Origin: Amoebidium appalachense
Taxonomy: Eukaryota; Protista; Ichthyosporea
DNA: 64,000 nt
Assembly (NCBI GenBank): GCA_963693365.1
Contig: CAVNZM010000013.1
Location: forward strand, 893,817-957,816
Direction: 5' to 3'
Below the pieces are notes generated by a model, which searched no databases, was not told the DNA's origin, and saw only the letters and a program-made list of their open reading frames with translations. Below, piece after piece: positions 34,280 to 45,499 of this stretch (its first letter is position 1; every line of letters starts with the position of its first letter). A program made the translations under genes and the position numbers.

Positions 34280-35926
34280 ATGGTACACATCGCCGCCTCC
34301 TCCAGCCTTCTGGCTGCGGCCGCGGCTTCTGCGGTAGCTGTTGCCGTGCGCCAGGCGCCCGACATGTCCACCGTGCCGGTCGCACTTGCAGCTGCCCCCT
34401 TGCACATGGCCGACACCCAAGCGCCTGTCCGGACGGTGCAGGGGGTAGCCACACCCGATGTACAGCCCCTCCTCGGTGCTGCGCCCGTGGCTGCAGTGCC
34501 TGTGCGTGCCCCGGTAGCGGTCGTGCCAGTGAGCAGTTGGAACAGCGTGTTCGTGCCCCTGCGTGGCGTGAACTGCCCTGTCGGCTATGCACGCTGGCAA
34601 AGGGCATGCCGAAGGACCCCCCGCTGCCCCCGTGGAAAGGTGTGGAAGAGCTGGTCGGAGGGTTGCTGCAAGCCCACAAACACCACTTGCCCCCCCGGTC
34701 AGTACTGGGACGCCACCTATGGCCGCTGCTGCGATATCAACAAGCCAAACCCCACACTCTCCCCCATCTGCCCACCCGGTCAGTTCTGGGATGCCAAATA
34801 CCAGCAATGCTGTGATATCAAGACAACCACATCCTCCATCCTCACACCCACCCCTGATCCCATCTGCCCCCCCGGCCAGTTCTGGGACGCCAAATACAAC
34901 CGTTGCTGTGACATCAAAACCACGACTATCACTACGCCCACGTTTACCCCGGCTCCGGTTTGCCCCCCAGGACAGCATTGGGATGCTAAGTATAGCCAAT
35001 GCTGCATCATCAAGACCACCACCACCACCACCCCCGCACCTACCCCCGATCCCATCTGCCCCCCCGGCCAGTATTGGGATGTCAAGTACAACCAGTGTTG
35101 CAACATCAAAACCACTTCGTCTTCGTCTTCGTCTTCGTCTTCTCGCCCCACACCCACTCCCGCACCCGCCTGTCCTCCCGGTCAGTTTTGGGACGAGAAG
35201 TATCAGCAATGCTGCAACATCAAGACAACCACTACCGCCACCACCCCCACGTTCACCCCGGCACCTGTGTGCCCCCCGGGCCAGTATTGGGATGCTAAGT
35301 ACAACCAGTGTTGCAACATCAAAACAACAGCCACCACCACCCCAACATTCACCCCCGCACCCATCCCTGATCCCATCTGCCCTCCCGGCCAGTTCTGGGA
35401 CGCCAAGTACAACCGCTGCTGTGATATCAAAACCACGACCACCGCCACCACTACTCCCACGTTCACCCCTGCCCCGATTTGTCCCCCTGGCCAGTATTGG
35501 GATGCCAAGTACAACCAGTGTTGCAACATCAAAACCACTTCGTCCTCTCGCCCCACCCCAATGCCCGCGCCCGCGTGCCCCCCCGGCCAGTTCTGGGACG
35601 AGAAGTATCAGCAATGCTGTGACATTAAGACTCCCACGCCTACACCCGCGCCCGCTTGCCCCCCTGGTCAGTATTGGGACGCTAAGTACAACCAATGCTG
35701 CGAGATCAAGACTCCCACCCCGGCCCCCTCTTGCCCCCCGGGCCAATATTGGGACGCTAAGTACAATCAGTGTTGTGAGATCAAGACTGGTGGCCCAGCC
35801 GCAGCCCCTAAGGCCATTGCTGCCCCGGCACCTGCCCCCGTCCCAGTGATTATGGCCCCTCTCAGCGCCGCAGAGGCCGACATGGATTTCGTGAGCGGGG
35901 CGGATGAAATTGTGGTTGACATGTAA
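34280..35926 (+). CDS. Secreted Cys-rich/mucin-like tandem repeat protein B (548 aa), paralog of A
   Basis: ATG at 34280 (MVHIAASSSLL...). Same 12+2 repeat architecture as A, with an extra in-frame N-terminal insert and a poly-Ser expansion. Confidence 0.9.
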   Translation: MVHIAASSSLLAAAAASAVAVAVRQAPDMSTVPVALAAAPLHMADTQAPVRTVQGVATPDVQPLLGAAPVAAVPVRAPVAVVPVSSWNSVFVPLRGVNCPVGYARWQRACRRTPRCPRGKVWKSWSEGCCKPTNTTCPPGQYWDATYGRCCDINKPNPTLSPICPPGQFWDAKYQQCCDIKTTTSSILTPTPDPICPPGQFWDAKYNRCCDIKTTTITTPTFTPAPVCPPGQHWDAKYSQCCIIKTTTTTTPAPTPDPICPPGQYWDVKYNQCCNIKTTSSSSSSSSSRPTPTPAPACPPGQFWDEKYQQCCNIKTTTTATTPTFTPAPVCPPGQYWDAKYNQCCNIKTTATTTPTFTPAPIPDPICPPGQFWDAKYNRCCDIKTTTTATTTPTFTPAPICPPGQYWDAKYNQCCNIKTTSSSRPTPMPAPACPPGQFWDEKYQQCCDIKTPTPTPAPACPPGQYWDAKYNQCCEIKTPTPAPSCPPGQYWDAKYNQCCEIKTGGPAAAPKAIAAPAPAPVPVIMAPLSAAEADMDFVSGADEIVVDM

Positions 35927-36267
35927 GGGAGATACATTGATAGCACTACGACATTTCATTGTTAGGTAACTTAGTATTGTTCATAGTTTCGAACATTGTA
36001 TATACTAGACGTCCAGAAAAGGTTTGCCCAAATTTCAATGATAATATGTTGCATGTTCCAATTTTTCAGTTTGGCATAGAAATATCTGTAATTTAGGTTT
36101 TTCGAAAATACTCTGTGCATGCAGTGCTGGCCGCTGCAATGTTGTTCAATAGTTCAACAATCGTTCTTCAGATATACTTTTACCCATCTAACACCTATCG
36201 GTCTCATGATTTAAACTTAGTTACAGCTCACCCCCCTCCCCCCCTCCCTCCCTCCCTCCTTCCCCCC

Positions 36268-36305
<38 letters not shown>

Positions 36306-36306
36306 G

Positions 36307-36346
<40 letters not shown>

Positions 36347-36548
36347 TACACACACACACACACACAACGAAAAAAAGCAAAGCATCAGCTTATCCACTAC
36401 CTTTATGAATGGTTACGGCACATGCCCGAACGGCTCAAAAAGGAACACCACGGCAACTCAACACGTGTGCCTCTCATACGGTGGAAACACGTGAAACAAA
36501 TATGTGCCTCTCATAGCGTCGAACAGTTCAGCAGAATACGTTAATATA

Positions 36549-36649
<101 letters not shown>

Positions 36650-36737
36650 CCATTTTAAAGAAAAAAAGGTTCACGGTTGTTTTTAAGTTGTATATGCCAT
36701 ACTATACACAAGCTGGCGTGTGGGTGCCATGAAGACT

Positions 36738-36900
36738 TGGTATATACTCACTCACACACACAGAGACAGACAAACACACACCATGCCCGAAGCACCGACC
36801 AATACACCCACACAAAAGCACCCACGCACACACATAGAGACAGACAAACACACACCATCCCCCAAGCACCGACCAATACACCCACACAAAAGCACCCACC
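36738..36900. repeat. Tandem duplication of an ~73-bp CA-rich unit
   Basis: agagacagacaaacacacaccat.ccc.aagcaccgaccaatacacccacacaaaagcacccac occurs twice. Confidence 0.8.
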
Positions 36901-36995
36901 CACACACATAAACACGCGCGCACACACACACACACAAACACACACAATTGTAACGAAAACGAACACGCACACGCACACGCACACGCACACGCACC

Positions 36996-37052
<57 letters not shown>

Positions 37053-37053
<1 letters not shown>

Positions 37054-37437
37054 AACACGGCGAAGAGGCTGTGAGGAGAGACGTGTGGCCCTAACAATCG
37101 TAACAACTTATCGTTACACGAACTGTAATATCGGGAAAAAACATCCCACGGAATCGGGCAAGTAGCACACCGGAAAGGAAAACCATCAATCATGTTTTTT
37201 CGCCCAATAGGCTAAAGGCTCTCGCCGCTGGTTCATGCCGCTTCCCACAGGCTCTTGGGTGCCCGTTCGCGCGGACCTGCCATATATGGTACCTGCCAAA
37301 TAAGGCTATACGCTGCAGCAGCGGGTGCAGTGGATGAGGGGGGCAAAGATTTCAAGACCCTACTTTACAGTGTGCCCCCACAGAGGAGTGACAGATATGT
37401 GCACGTGGGTGTGCACCTCATTCTGAGGGGTTGAATG
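37053..37437 (+). pseudogene. Degenerate duplicate of ECI2-like exon 1 and upstream region
   Basis: 37293-37384 is nearly identical to 21763-21853 ([27 protein letters not shown]). ATG at 37192 is followed by TAA at 37213. The donor CAG|GTGAG has become CAGAGGAG. No downstream crotonase exons were found. Confidence 0.85.
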
Positions 37438-39385
37438 TATGGGGAGTAAACAAGGTTTGGAGGGGGGGGGGGGGGGGGGGGGGAGAGGGGGGGGGGGGGG
37501 GGGGGGGGGGAAGGAGTGATAGAGATCGGAGAAGGGAGGCAAGGAGAAGAACGTGGGGGCAAGGGCTCGATAGACTGAGGAAAGGCCAGGGGCAGGGGGC
37601 GGGGAGGGGGTTACGGGTGGGAGGGAGGCCAGGGTTAGATGCAAGGAAGTGGGGGCCGGCCCGGGGTGGGGAGAGGGGGGGTGAGGGGGGGTAAGGATTT
37701 CATAGTGTACCTCGAGTTAGTTAATAATGTGCCTTGTTGAGTACCAGTGAAATTTTTAAAGGGCAACCCCTTGCTGGCCTCTCAAGCATGTGGGCTTTGG
37801 CCCAGTGCACTGGAAAGCGCTGCCGTACGCCGAGTTGGTACAAGGCATTGGGTCTGAGATGTTCAACATTCTCAAATAGTATGCCCGGAATTCGCACTAA
37901 TTAGCACAGACACGAGCAAGGAGAGCATTTTCAATGAAGAAATGCAGAATAAATCTTACGGCCCAGGGAAAAAAGTACACATACACACTCATTTCAAAAT
38001 GGCATATCTGGAACTGTGCTACTAACACACTACTACTATTAACAGATTGTTTCGAAACCGACGCCACTCAGTGGTTCAGGAAAGTCAGACCTCACATTAA
38101 AACTCCTACCTGTCCGGTACCTTAAAGCGCAACCATCTATCATTTGTACACGTCACAAGTTCAGTGAGGCAAATAGAGAGGGACACCGAGGCGGCGTGCG
38201 AAGAAAGAAGATCTGGATTCAACAATAACATAATACGACAGGGGGTGCCACATACTACTTTTATTATCGGGTATCAATGGCCTTAATTTTTTTTCTCAAC
38301 AATTAAGATTATTATAGTCCCTACCAACCCTGGTGGGTTTTTAAGAACATGCCCCCCTCCCCCTCCCCTCCCCCCCCCCCCCCCCCCCCCCCCCACCCAA
38401 CCACCCACCCCTCACCCCCTCCCTGAAAAATTACTAAATAGACCCTATAAGTACCCATTATCATAGTTGAATCTCAGTCACCCTCGAGCTCTGTATGTGC
38501 ACAACGTTCTTCGTGTTGTTACATCTATTACCCTGGTTGGCGAGAAGAATGGAAGGAAACAAGGCCTCTTCTCTTCCCGAGTTCTACTATGTATGTGTTA
38601 TAGTATGGTAGAGACATGGGCGGATTCAGGAGCGAAAGAGAGCCCCGTGCATCTCAGCTGTTACTTAAAGTGCAAGAGTGATAGACATGCGCAGGTAACT
38701 TCTAAGCACGGCCATCTAGAAACACCCTTGATGGCCGTGGTCTGAACCTACAGCAGGCCCCACGCGTTTAGACTAAAAGCTTGATGCGCGCCTAGTCAAT
38801 AGGAGCATTCTAGGGGCGTAACAAAGTTTCAAACAAACCCTAATATAGTTAGTCGTATTGCGTTCCTATTGGCTCTTTTTAACGCAAAAATAGCTGGGTC
38901 ATTTTGCAGTGTTTGGCATCCGCCGTCTGGACATGCATGTGGACTGTCAATGATCGATGGACTATGTTCGTCTGTGTGCGTGCGTGAACGCGTCCGTGCG
39001 TGTGTGTGCGTGCGTGCGTGCAAGAAACAAAGAAGCCAAGACTATATGGAATAGCGCTCGTTCACTATTTAGAACCGCTTTTACAATTTTCTAGCACCAA
39101 TTATTTTCCGTGTGAGTGCAATTTCGATATATTCTCAATCATGATGTGACATCTTGAGAACACCTTACACATCCAATGTCCAGACGAGGAGAGGAATATT
39201 AGAAGTTTGCAGGGCTCTTCTGCATCAAATCCCTCCGTTTTTCTTACTAGTCGACACGTGAAAAGCACAGTCTGTCCTAATTTTGTACAGTTTTACATAC
39301 TTCGGCCACACAAGCACACTCACACACATAATACAACCATACACCCTTTCTGTGTGACACAGACACACACACACACACCAGCAAA

Positions 39386-39847
39386 ATGGAGAGGGTCATT
39401 TCCTTACCTCCGCCCCAGGACTCGGTCCCATTTACGGAACCTGACACACACGCACCTACTTTCGCCTGCAAACACAAAGGTTGTAGCGAATCTTTCCACG
39501 ACAAAGATTCGCTTCGAACACACACCACCAATTGTCACAGAATTGACATGCGCCAGAACCGAACCAAACGACCGACAGGTGAGGGTGTGGAGGGGGGGGG
39601 GGACTCTCTGCCTGTCCCGCGCTCGCTCCTTCCCACCCCTGGATACGTCGTTGACCCATTACTATTTACTTGCCGACACAAGGGGTGTGGCCACTCTTTC
39701 GCTGACAAGAAATTGCTCAAGGAACATGTTTCCACCGCCCATTGGTATGCTAGCCAGCAAGCCACACGACGGTCAGGCCCGAGAGACTACACGGGCGAGA
39801 TGCCGACTGGTGAGGAGAGTATAGGCCGGGGGGGGAATTTTGCGTAA
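39386..39847 (+). CDS. N-terminal segment (two C2H2 fingers) of the large zinc-finger gene
   Basis: ORF with CKHKGC..FHDKDSLRTHTTNCH and CRHKGCGHSFADKKLLKEHVSTAH, the same CxxxGC finger style as the downstream ORF. Ends just after a G8 run (39828-39835), so probably contiguous with 39946-43041. Confidence 0.7.
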   Translation: MERVISLPPPQDSVPFTEPDTHAPTFACKHKGCSESFHDKDSLRTHTTNCHRIDMRQNRTKRPTGEGVEGGGDSLPVPRSLLPTPGYVVDPLLFTCRHKGCGHSFADKKLLKEHVSTAHWYASQQATRRSGPRDYTGEMPTGEESIGRGGNFA

Positions 39848-39945
39848 ACGGTCAACGAAAATGGCAAAGGAGGAGGACGTCGTGAAGGATGAACATGGCA
39901 CGAGAAGGAGAGGTGTGAAGAGAGAAAGGATGGACACAGAGGGAA

Positions 39946-42900
39946 GTGAGAATGAAGGGAGGGAGGGAAGGAAAAAGAGTGCGGGGAAGGAGAGAGGGAA
40001 ACAGGGATGAGGAAAGTGGAAGGAAGAGGGGACGAGGTGGGGAGGATGAAAAAGGAATTGAGGGGGTTGAAAATACGGCAAGGAAAAGAGGGCGGCCCCG
40101 TGTGCAAAGGGAGACGGAAGTTGCAACAGAAAAAAAGAGGGAAAAGAGGGAAAAGGTGAGAGAAAAACTGCTGAAAGAAGAGGGAAAACAGGCGGTGGAG
40201 CGAGGGAGAACAAGAAGGAGTGTTGTTGCCGAGGAAACAGAGGAAAAGAAAGAGGGAGTGAAGGAAAAGAGGGTTGAAATGACGGAGAAAAGGGAGGAAA
40301 ATGACGGGAAAGTGGCGGGAAATAGGGGCGAGGGGGATATTCAGATGGTGGTAAAACGAAAACCGGGAAGGCCAAAGAAAATCCGACCGGTGACCGAGAA
40401 AACTGCGGAGGTGAGTATGGAGAAGAGAGAAGAAGGGGGAAAAGGCGCGAAGGGAAATGTGGGAGGGGTTGAAGTGAACAAGGACGACGGGAAAGAGGAT
40501 GAACGGAGGGAGAATGTGGGAGGTGTGGAAGAGAATAAAGTCAAAGAAGAAGAGACAGAGACAACAGGAATTGTGGGTGAAGTAGAGGTGGAAAAGGTAG
40601 GGAAGGAAGGAGAAAATTTGAGAACTGGAGTGGTTGAACAGGAAGGGGAAAGAGAGGTGATACAAACAAGCCAAGTAGAGGAAGGAGGGAAAACAGTGGA
40701 GAAAGACAATGAAACGAACGGGGAAAGGCAAGAAATTGAAAGTGGAGCCGTGCAGGAGAAGGAGGGAAATATCGAGGAAAAGGAAAAGGATGTGATCGAG
40801 GAAGAGGGGAAGGGGAATGACAGAAACGAGTGGACGAGGGACGGGGTGGTGCAGGAGGAAGAGAAACAGAGAACAACGGCTGGTGAAGTGGCAGGGGATT
40901 CGCCGAAGAAACAAGAGAGTGATGAAACCAAAGAGGAAACGAGGGAGGAGCCGGAAAAGGACGAAGAAGGGGAGAAGAATGACGAGACTGAACCGAGGGA
41001 GGAAAAGGATAGAAACGAGGAGAATAAGCAGGACGGCGGGAACGCGGGTGGGGAATCGGACAGCGAAGTTTTGGACATGGGGGCTGTACTCCCACCCCCA
41101 CGAAATTTGCTCAACACGGCGGGGTTTATCGAACAGTCGTTGACTTTTTCCTGCCGGCAGAAGGGGTGCAACGAGGTATTTCCGGACAGGGAGACACTCA
41201 CCCTGCACACGAGAACGCAACACCCTGTGCGCGTGATCAAAAAACGGACGCCGGCAAACAGCGGACGCGAGCCAGAAACCCCCTCCTCCGCGCCTACGAC
41301 CCCCGCTGCACGCGAAATTACGCGGGGTTCCGGAGACGTAAATGCGAGCTTGCAAACGGGAACGGAAACGAAAACGGACGGCGGCGGCGTAACGGAGATT
41401 AAAACGGAGGATGGGGTGGTCGGAATAACCCTATGGAGGAGACCGTCGCGGTATGTCCCGAACGCGAACGCGGAAGGAGGGGGGTTTGAAGCGCACGACC
41501 CCGGATTAATCTGCTCGGATTGCGGGTACCAGGCGAGAAACACGCGGGGTTTGGACAGGCACTTTAAGGTGCACTTAAGGGAGGTGCAGGAAATTCTGGG
41601 CGTCGCTGGGATGGGAACGTTAGAGAAAACGGAGGTTGTGTATGTGGATGATGGAGAGGAAGGGGAGGGGGAGGGGGTTTTTAATGAGTTGGAGTGCGAA
41701 ATTTGCGGACGCGTGGCGGGGAATAAGAGCGCGTTAACGAAACATAAAATGAGGGAACATCCGGAAGGGTGGGAGGAGGAAGAGGGAGGGAATGAATTGG
41801 AGTGCGAGGTGTGTGGTCATATTTCGGGGAATAAAAGCGCACTGACGAAACATAAAATGCGCGAACACCCCGAGGGGGAGGAAGGGGAGGAGGAAGAGGA
41901 GAGAGTAAACGAGTGGAAATGCGAAATATGCGGACAAATTGCGGGGAATAAAGGTTCGTTGACGAAACATAAAATGCGGGAACATCCGGATTGGGAAGGG
42001 GGTGAGAAGGAGAGAGTAAACGAGTTGGAATGCGAAATATGCGGACACGTCGCGGGGAATAAAGCTTCGTTGACGAAACATAAAATGCGCGAACATCCGG
42101 ACGGGGAAGGGGGGGAGAAGGAGAGAGAAAATGAGTTGGAATGCGAAATATGCGGACACATTGCGGGGAATAAAGGCTCGTTGACGAAACATAAAATGCG
42201 GGCACACCCGGAGGAGGAGGAGGAAGAAGAGGAGGAGGAAGAGGGTTGGGTAAATGAATTGGAGTGTGTCGTTTGTGGGCACATAGCAGGAAACAAGGCC
42301 GCGTTAACGAAACATAAAAGGAGAGAACATCCGGATGAAGAGGAATGGGAAGGGGAGGAAGAAGAGGGGGAGGAAAGAAACGAGTTGGAGTGTGAAATAT
42401 GTGGGCACGTCGCCGGAAACAAGGGTTCGTTGACGGAACATAAAATGCGGGTTCACACTTCGGAAGACTCGGAGGAGGAAGAGGGGGAGGAGGAGGAAGG
42501 AGGAGTAAACGAGCTTGAATGCGGCATATGCGGACACATAGCAGGAAACAAGGCCGGGCTGACGAAACACAAAACATGCGAACACCAACCTCGTTTCGAC
42601 CCGGAACGGCTGCACGTGTGCGAGGTGAAAGGGTGCGGTATGGCGTACGCGCGCCGAAACCACCTCATGTCACACATGCGCGCACACAAAAACAACAACT
42701 ACAAACATAGCCTGAACGTCGGCGGCGGCTCCGGCGGCTCGCGGGGCGGAGGCAGGGGAACACGGAGCGTCCGGGGTTACGAATGCGGGTACGAGGGGTG
42801 CGGGGCGTCGTTTTCCCGTTCTGACCACCTCGCGGACCATCAACGGACGCATACGGGGGATAAACCGTACGCGTGCACGGTTAAAGGGTGCAAGGCGAGG

Positions 42901-43041
42901 TTTTCCGTAAAGTCTTCCCTGTACTATCATTTGCAGTCGAGCGTCCACGCGGAGAGGAAGTATGCGTGCACGCACAAGGGGTGCGGGCAGAAGTTCTTTA
43001 GGAAGTGGACGTTGGTGGTGCATACGCGCACGCATGGGTGA
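39946..43041 (+). CDS. Large C2H2 zinc-finger protein (14 fingers, AT-hook-like motifs, Glu/Lys-rich region)
   Basis: 1031-codon ORF. RKRGRPR and KRKPGRPKK motifs, eight NELECEICGHxAGNKxxLTKHKMREH fingers, and C-terminal CxxxGC fingers with an HTGDKPYAC linker. The true start is probably upstream. Confidence 0.9.
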   Translation: MRMKGGREGKRVRGRREGNRDEESGRKRGRGGEDEKGIEGVENTARKRGRPRVQRETEVATEKKREKREKVREKLLKEEGKQAVERGRTRRSVVAEETEEKKEGVKEKRVEMTEKREENDGKVAGNRGEGDIQMVVKRKPGRPKKIRPVTEKTAEVSMEKREEGGKGAKGNVGGVEVNKDDGKEDERRENVGGVEENKVKEEETETTGIVGEVEVEKVGKEGENLRTGVVEQEGEREVIQTSQVEEGGKTVEKDNETNGERQEIESGAVQEKEGNIEEKEKDVIEEEGKGNDRNEWTRDGVVQEEEKQRTTAGEVAGDSPKKQESDETKEETREEPEKDEEGEKNDETEPREEKDRNEENKQDGGNAGGESDSEVLDMGAVLPPPRNLLNTAGFIEQSLTFSCRQKGCNEVFPDRETLTLHTRTQHPVRVIKKRTPANSGREPETPSSAPTTPAAREITRGSGDVNASLQTGTETKTDGGGVTEIKTEDGVVGITLWRRPSRYVPNANAEGGGFEAHDPGLICSDCGYQARNTRGLDRHFKVHLREVQEILGVAGMGTLEKTEVVYVDDGEEGEGEGVFNELECEICGRVAGNKSALTKHKMREHPEGWEEEEGGNELECEVCGHISGNKSALTKHKMREHPEGEEGEEEEERVNEWKCEICGQIAGNKGSLTKHKMREHPDWEGGEKERVNELECEICGHVAGNKASLTKHKMREHPDGEGGEKERENELECEICGHIAGNKGSLTKHKMRAHPEEEEEEEEEEEGWVNELECVVCGHIAGNKAALTKHKRREHPDEEEWEGEEEEGEERNELECEICGHVAGNKGSLTEHKMRVHTSEDSEEEEGEEEEGGVNELECGICGHIAGNKAGLTKHKTCEHQPRFDPERLHVCEVKGCGMAYARRNHLMSHMRAHKNNNYKHSLNVGGGSGGSRGGGRGTRSVRGYECGYEGCGASFSRSDHLADHQRTHTGDKPYACTVKGCKARFSVKSSLYYHLQSSVHAERKYACTHKGCGQKFFRKWTLVVHTRTHG

Positions 43042-43204
43042 TGGGGGCGAGACGGCTGTTGGGGGAATTTGGGTGTGTTTTGTTTGTTTGTTTGTTTTTT
43101 TTGGGGGGGGGGGGGGGAGGGGTAGGTAGATGTGCTGGTGTTAGTAGGGGATGGACCTTTTTTGGTTATTCTTTTGATGTGTGTGTGTTTCGAGGAGAGG
43201 GGAA

Positions 43205-43239
<35 letters not shown>

Positions 43240-43426
43240 CTGTAATGTTTGTAGGTAATGTGATCTGAATGGCCGTATGATTTTGTGATTTTTTGTTTTT
43301 GGTACGAATACACACATGTGCCATGTACACACACACACAACGCAAACACTCGCGGGAGTGCACATGTGCTTTGTTTGATACAAGTGTGAAATTTGGGTGG
43401 ATGGATGTGGTTCTATAGCAAGTCGT

Positions 43427-43467
<41 letters not shown>

Positions 43468-44038
43468 CAATTGAATGGGTTTCCTGTATTGGTATATGAG
43501 CAGAAATTAAAAAAGGTCAGCTATGTTAATTGATATCTACGGTAGGATGTTGTTTTTAAGATTGAGATATTTGCAGAAATCGATGTCGAAGTGTTTACCG
43601 CGTACATGGTAGGACTAAATGTTTGCGATGGTATTGCGGGTGCCTGAGATATGAGTTCGAAAATAGATATGAGTTCGAAAATTTGGGAAATTTTTGGATA
43701 TATTTGAATATGAACTGTCCGATAGCATTCAGTGGCCCACGTGCGAATATTTTGCGGTATGAAAACCTTGTTTTTCAAGTGTCTGAGATATAAATGTCCG
43801 AAATACCTAAAATGGTCATCAATACATTCGGATCCCCCCACCCTCAGTTTCTTCCAATCCACGAGTGCGGCAGACACACACACGGGTATACACACACAGA
43901 CACGTACGTGGACACACGCATGTGCGCATACAGACACGTGCGCGCACGCGCACACACACACTCACTCACTCACGCACACACACACACACACACACACACT
44001 CTCTCTCTCTCTCCCCCCCCTCCTCCCCCCCCCCCCCT

Positions 44039-44069
<31 letters not shown>

Positions 44070-44204
44070 GGCCCGCCCCGCTCTCTCTTTCTCTCTCCCT
44101 CTCACATGCACAAGCACAAGCACACCTACACACAGCACAATTAACCATCGACATACACACACACACACACACAGAACACGCGCATGCGCATGCACGCATG
44201 CACG

Positions 44205-44255
<51 letters not shown>

Positions 44256-45440
44256 GCGCACACACAAACACATACACACACACACACACATACACACGTG
44301 CACACACACACAACGACATCACCTTGCATGGACACACACATGACAAGATTATTACCACAAACACAATCACAACTGGTAGGCACGTAGGTTCACAACCCCC
44401 CCTCTCCCCAAAATCGTAGCATACGCGCGCACACGCGCGCGCACACACACACACACACGTGCACACGCTCCGAGGCAATCCCCCGTCCCCCTCCCCCCCG
44501 GGCCCGCCCTCCCACGGTACCCCCTCCCCTCCCCCTCCCCCCCCCCCCCTCTTTCCCCCCCCCCCCCCCCCCCCCCCCCCATCCCCCAAACAGCTAGGTA
44601 GTATAATTCTAGAGCACTTCCCGGCCCTGTTTCCCCCCAGCCTCCTCACCCATAACCTTATTCAAGTACAAACCCATCTTGCACAAAATGACGAGACATG
44701 CTGACTAATCTTTAACTTTCCAATTTTATTTTTACTTCAATTTTTTTTTTTGACATTTTAACTTCAAGGCATACTAGTAGTACTCCCATCTCATCAGAAG
44801 TTCACCTGCTCCATTCATTTCTGCACGTTACGAAATCCCCGTCTCCCCCCCTCCCCCCCCCCCCCCCCCCCCCCTCCCCCCTCCCCCCCCCCCCCCCCCC
44901 CCCCCCCCCCCGCTCCCCCCCCCCCCCCCCTGCCCCTTCATGTGTGCAACTAATGGTGCGGGCGCAATCCTCCCCTCTGACCATCGTATTTATAACGGGG
45001 GTGTATACTTTGTTTACTTGAGGCACGGAGAGACCAGTCTCAGGTATGGGGGGATTTTTCTCGGTATATCCCCTCAGTGTTATAATATACTATGTAACAT
45101 GGAGCTCGAGGTCGGATGATGATACGTATAACCCACCGCCGCCTTCCCGGAATATGTGCCCCCCCTCCCACCTCCCTCCCCCCCCCCCCCCCCCCCCCCC
45201 CCCCCACCTCCCCCCCATATAACCCACTCCCCCACCCACCACTCCACCACATACGACAGGTAGAGTTACTCGTTCACCTAATGATGTCACCACCAATGTT
45301 CCATTCCACCCCTCCCCCCCTCCCCCCTCCCCCCCCTCCCCCCCTCCTCCCGGGATGCTCCCTCCTCCCCCCCACCAACACACACCTCTTTCCTCTCTCC
45401 CTCCCCCTGCCCTGCCCACCCCCCCTCCCACACGCGCACG

Positions 45441-45499
<59 letters not shown>

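Noticed and set aside
30894-35959. Long antisense ORFs (30894-32099 +, 34220-35959 -)
   Set aside because: Shadow frames of the GC-rich repetitive Cys-rich genes.
39773-42698. Long minus-strand F/S/L/P-rich ORFs
   Set aside because: Antisense shadows of the purine-rich zinc-finger CDS.
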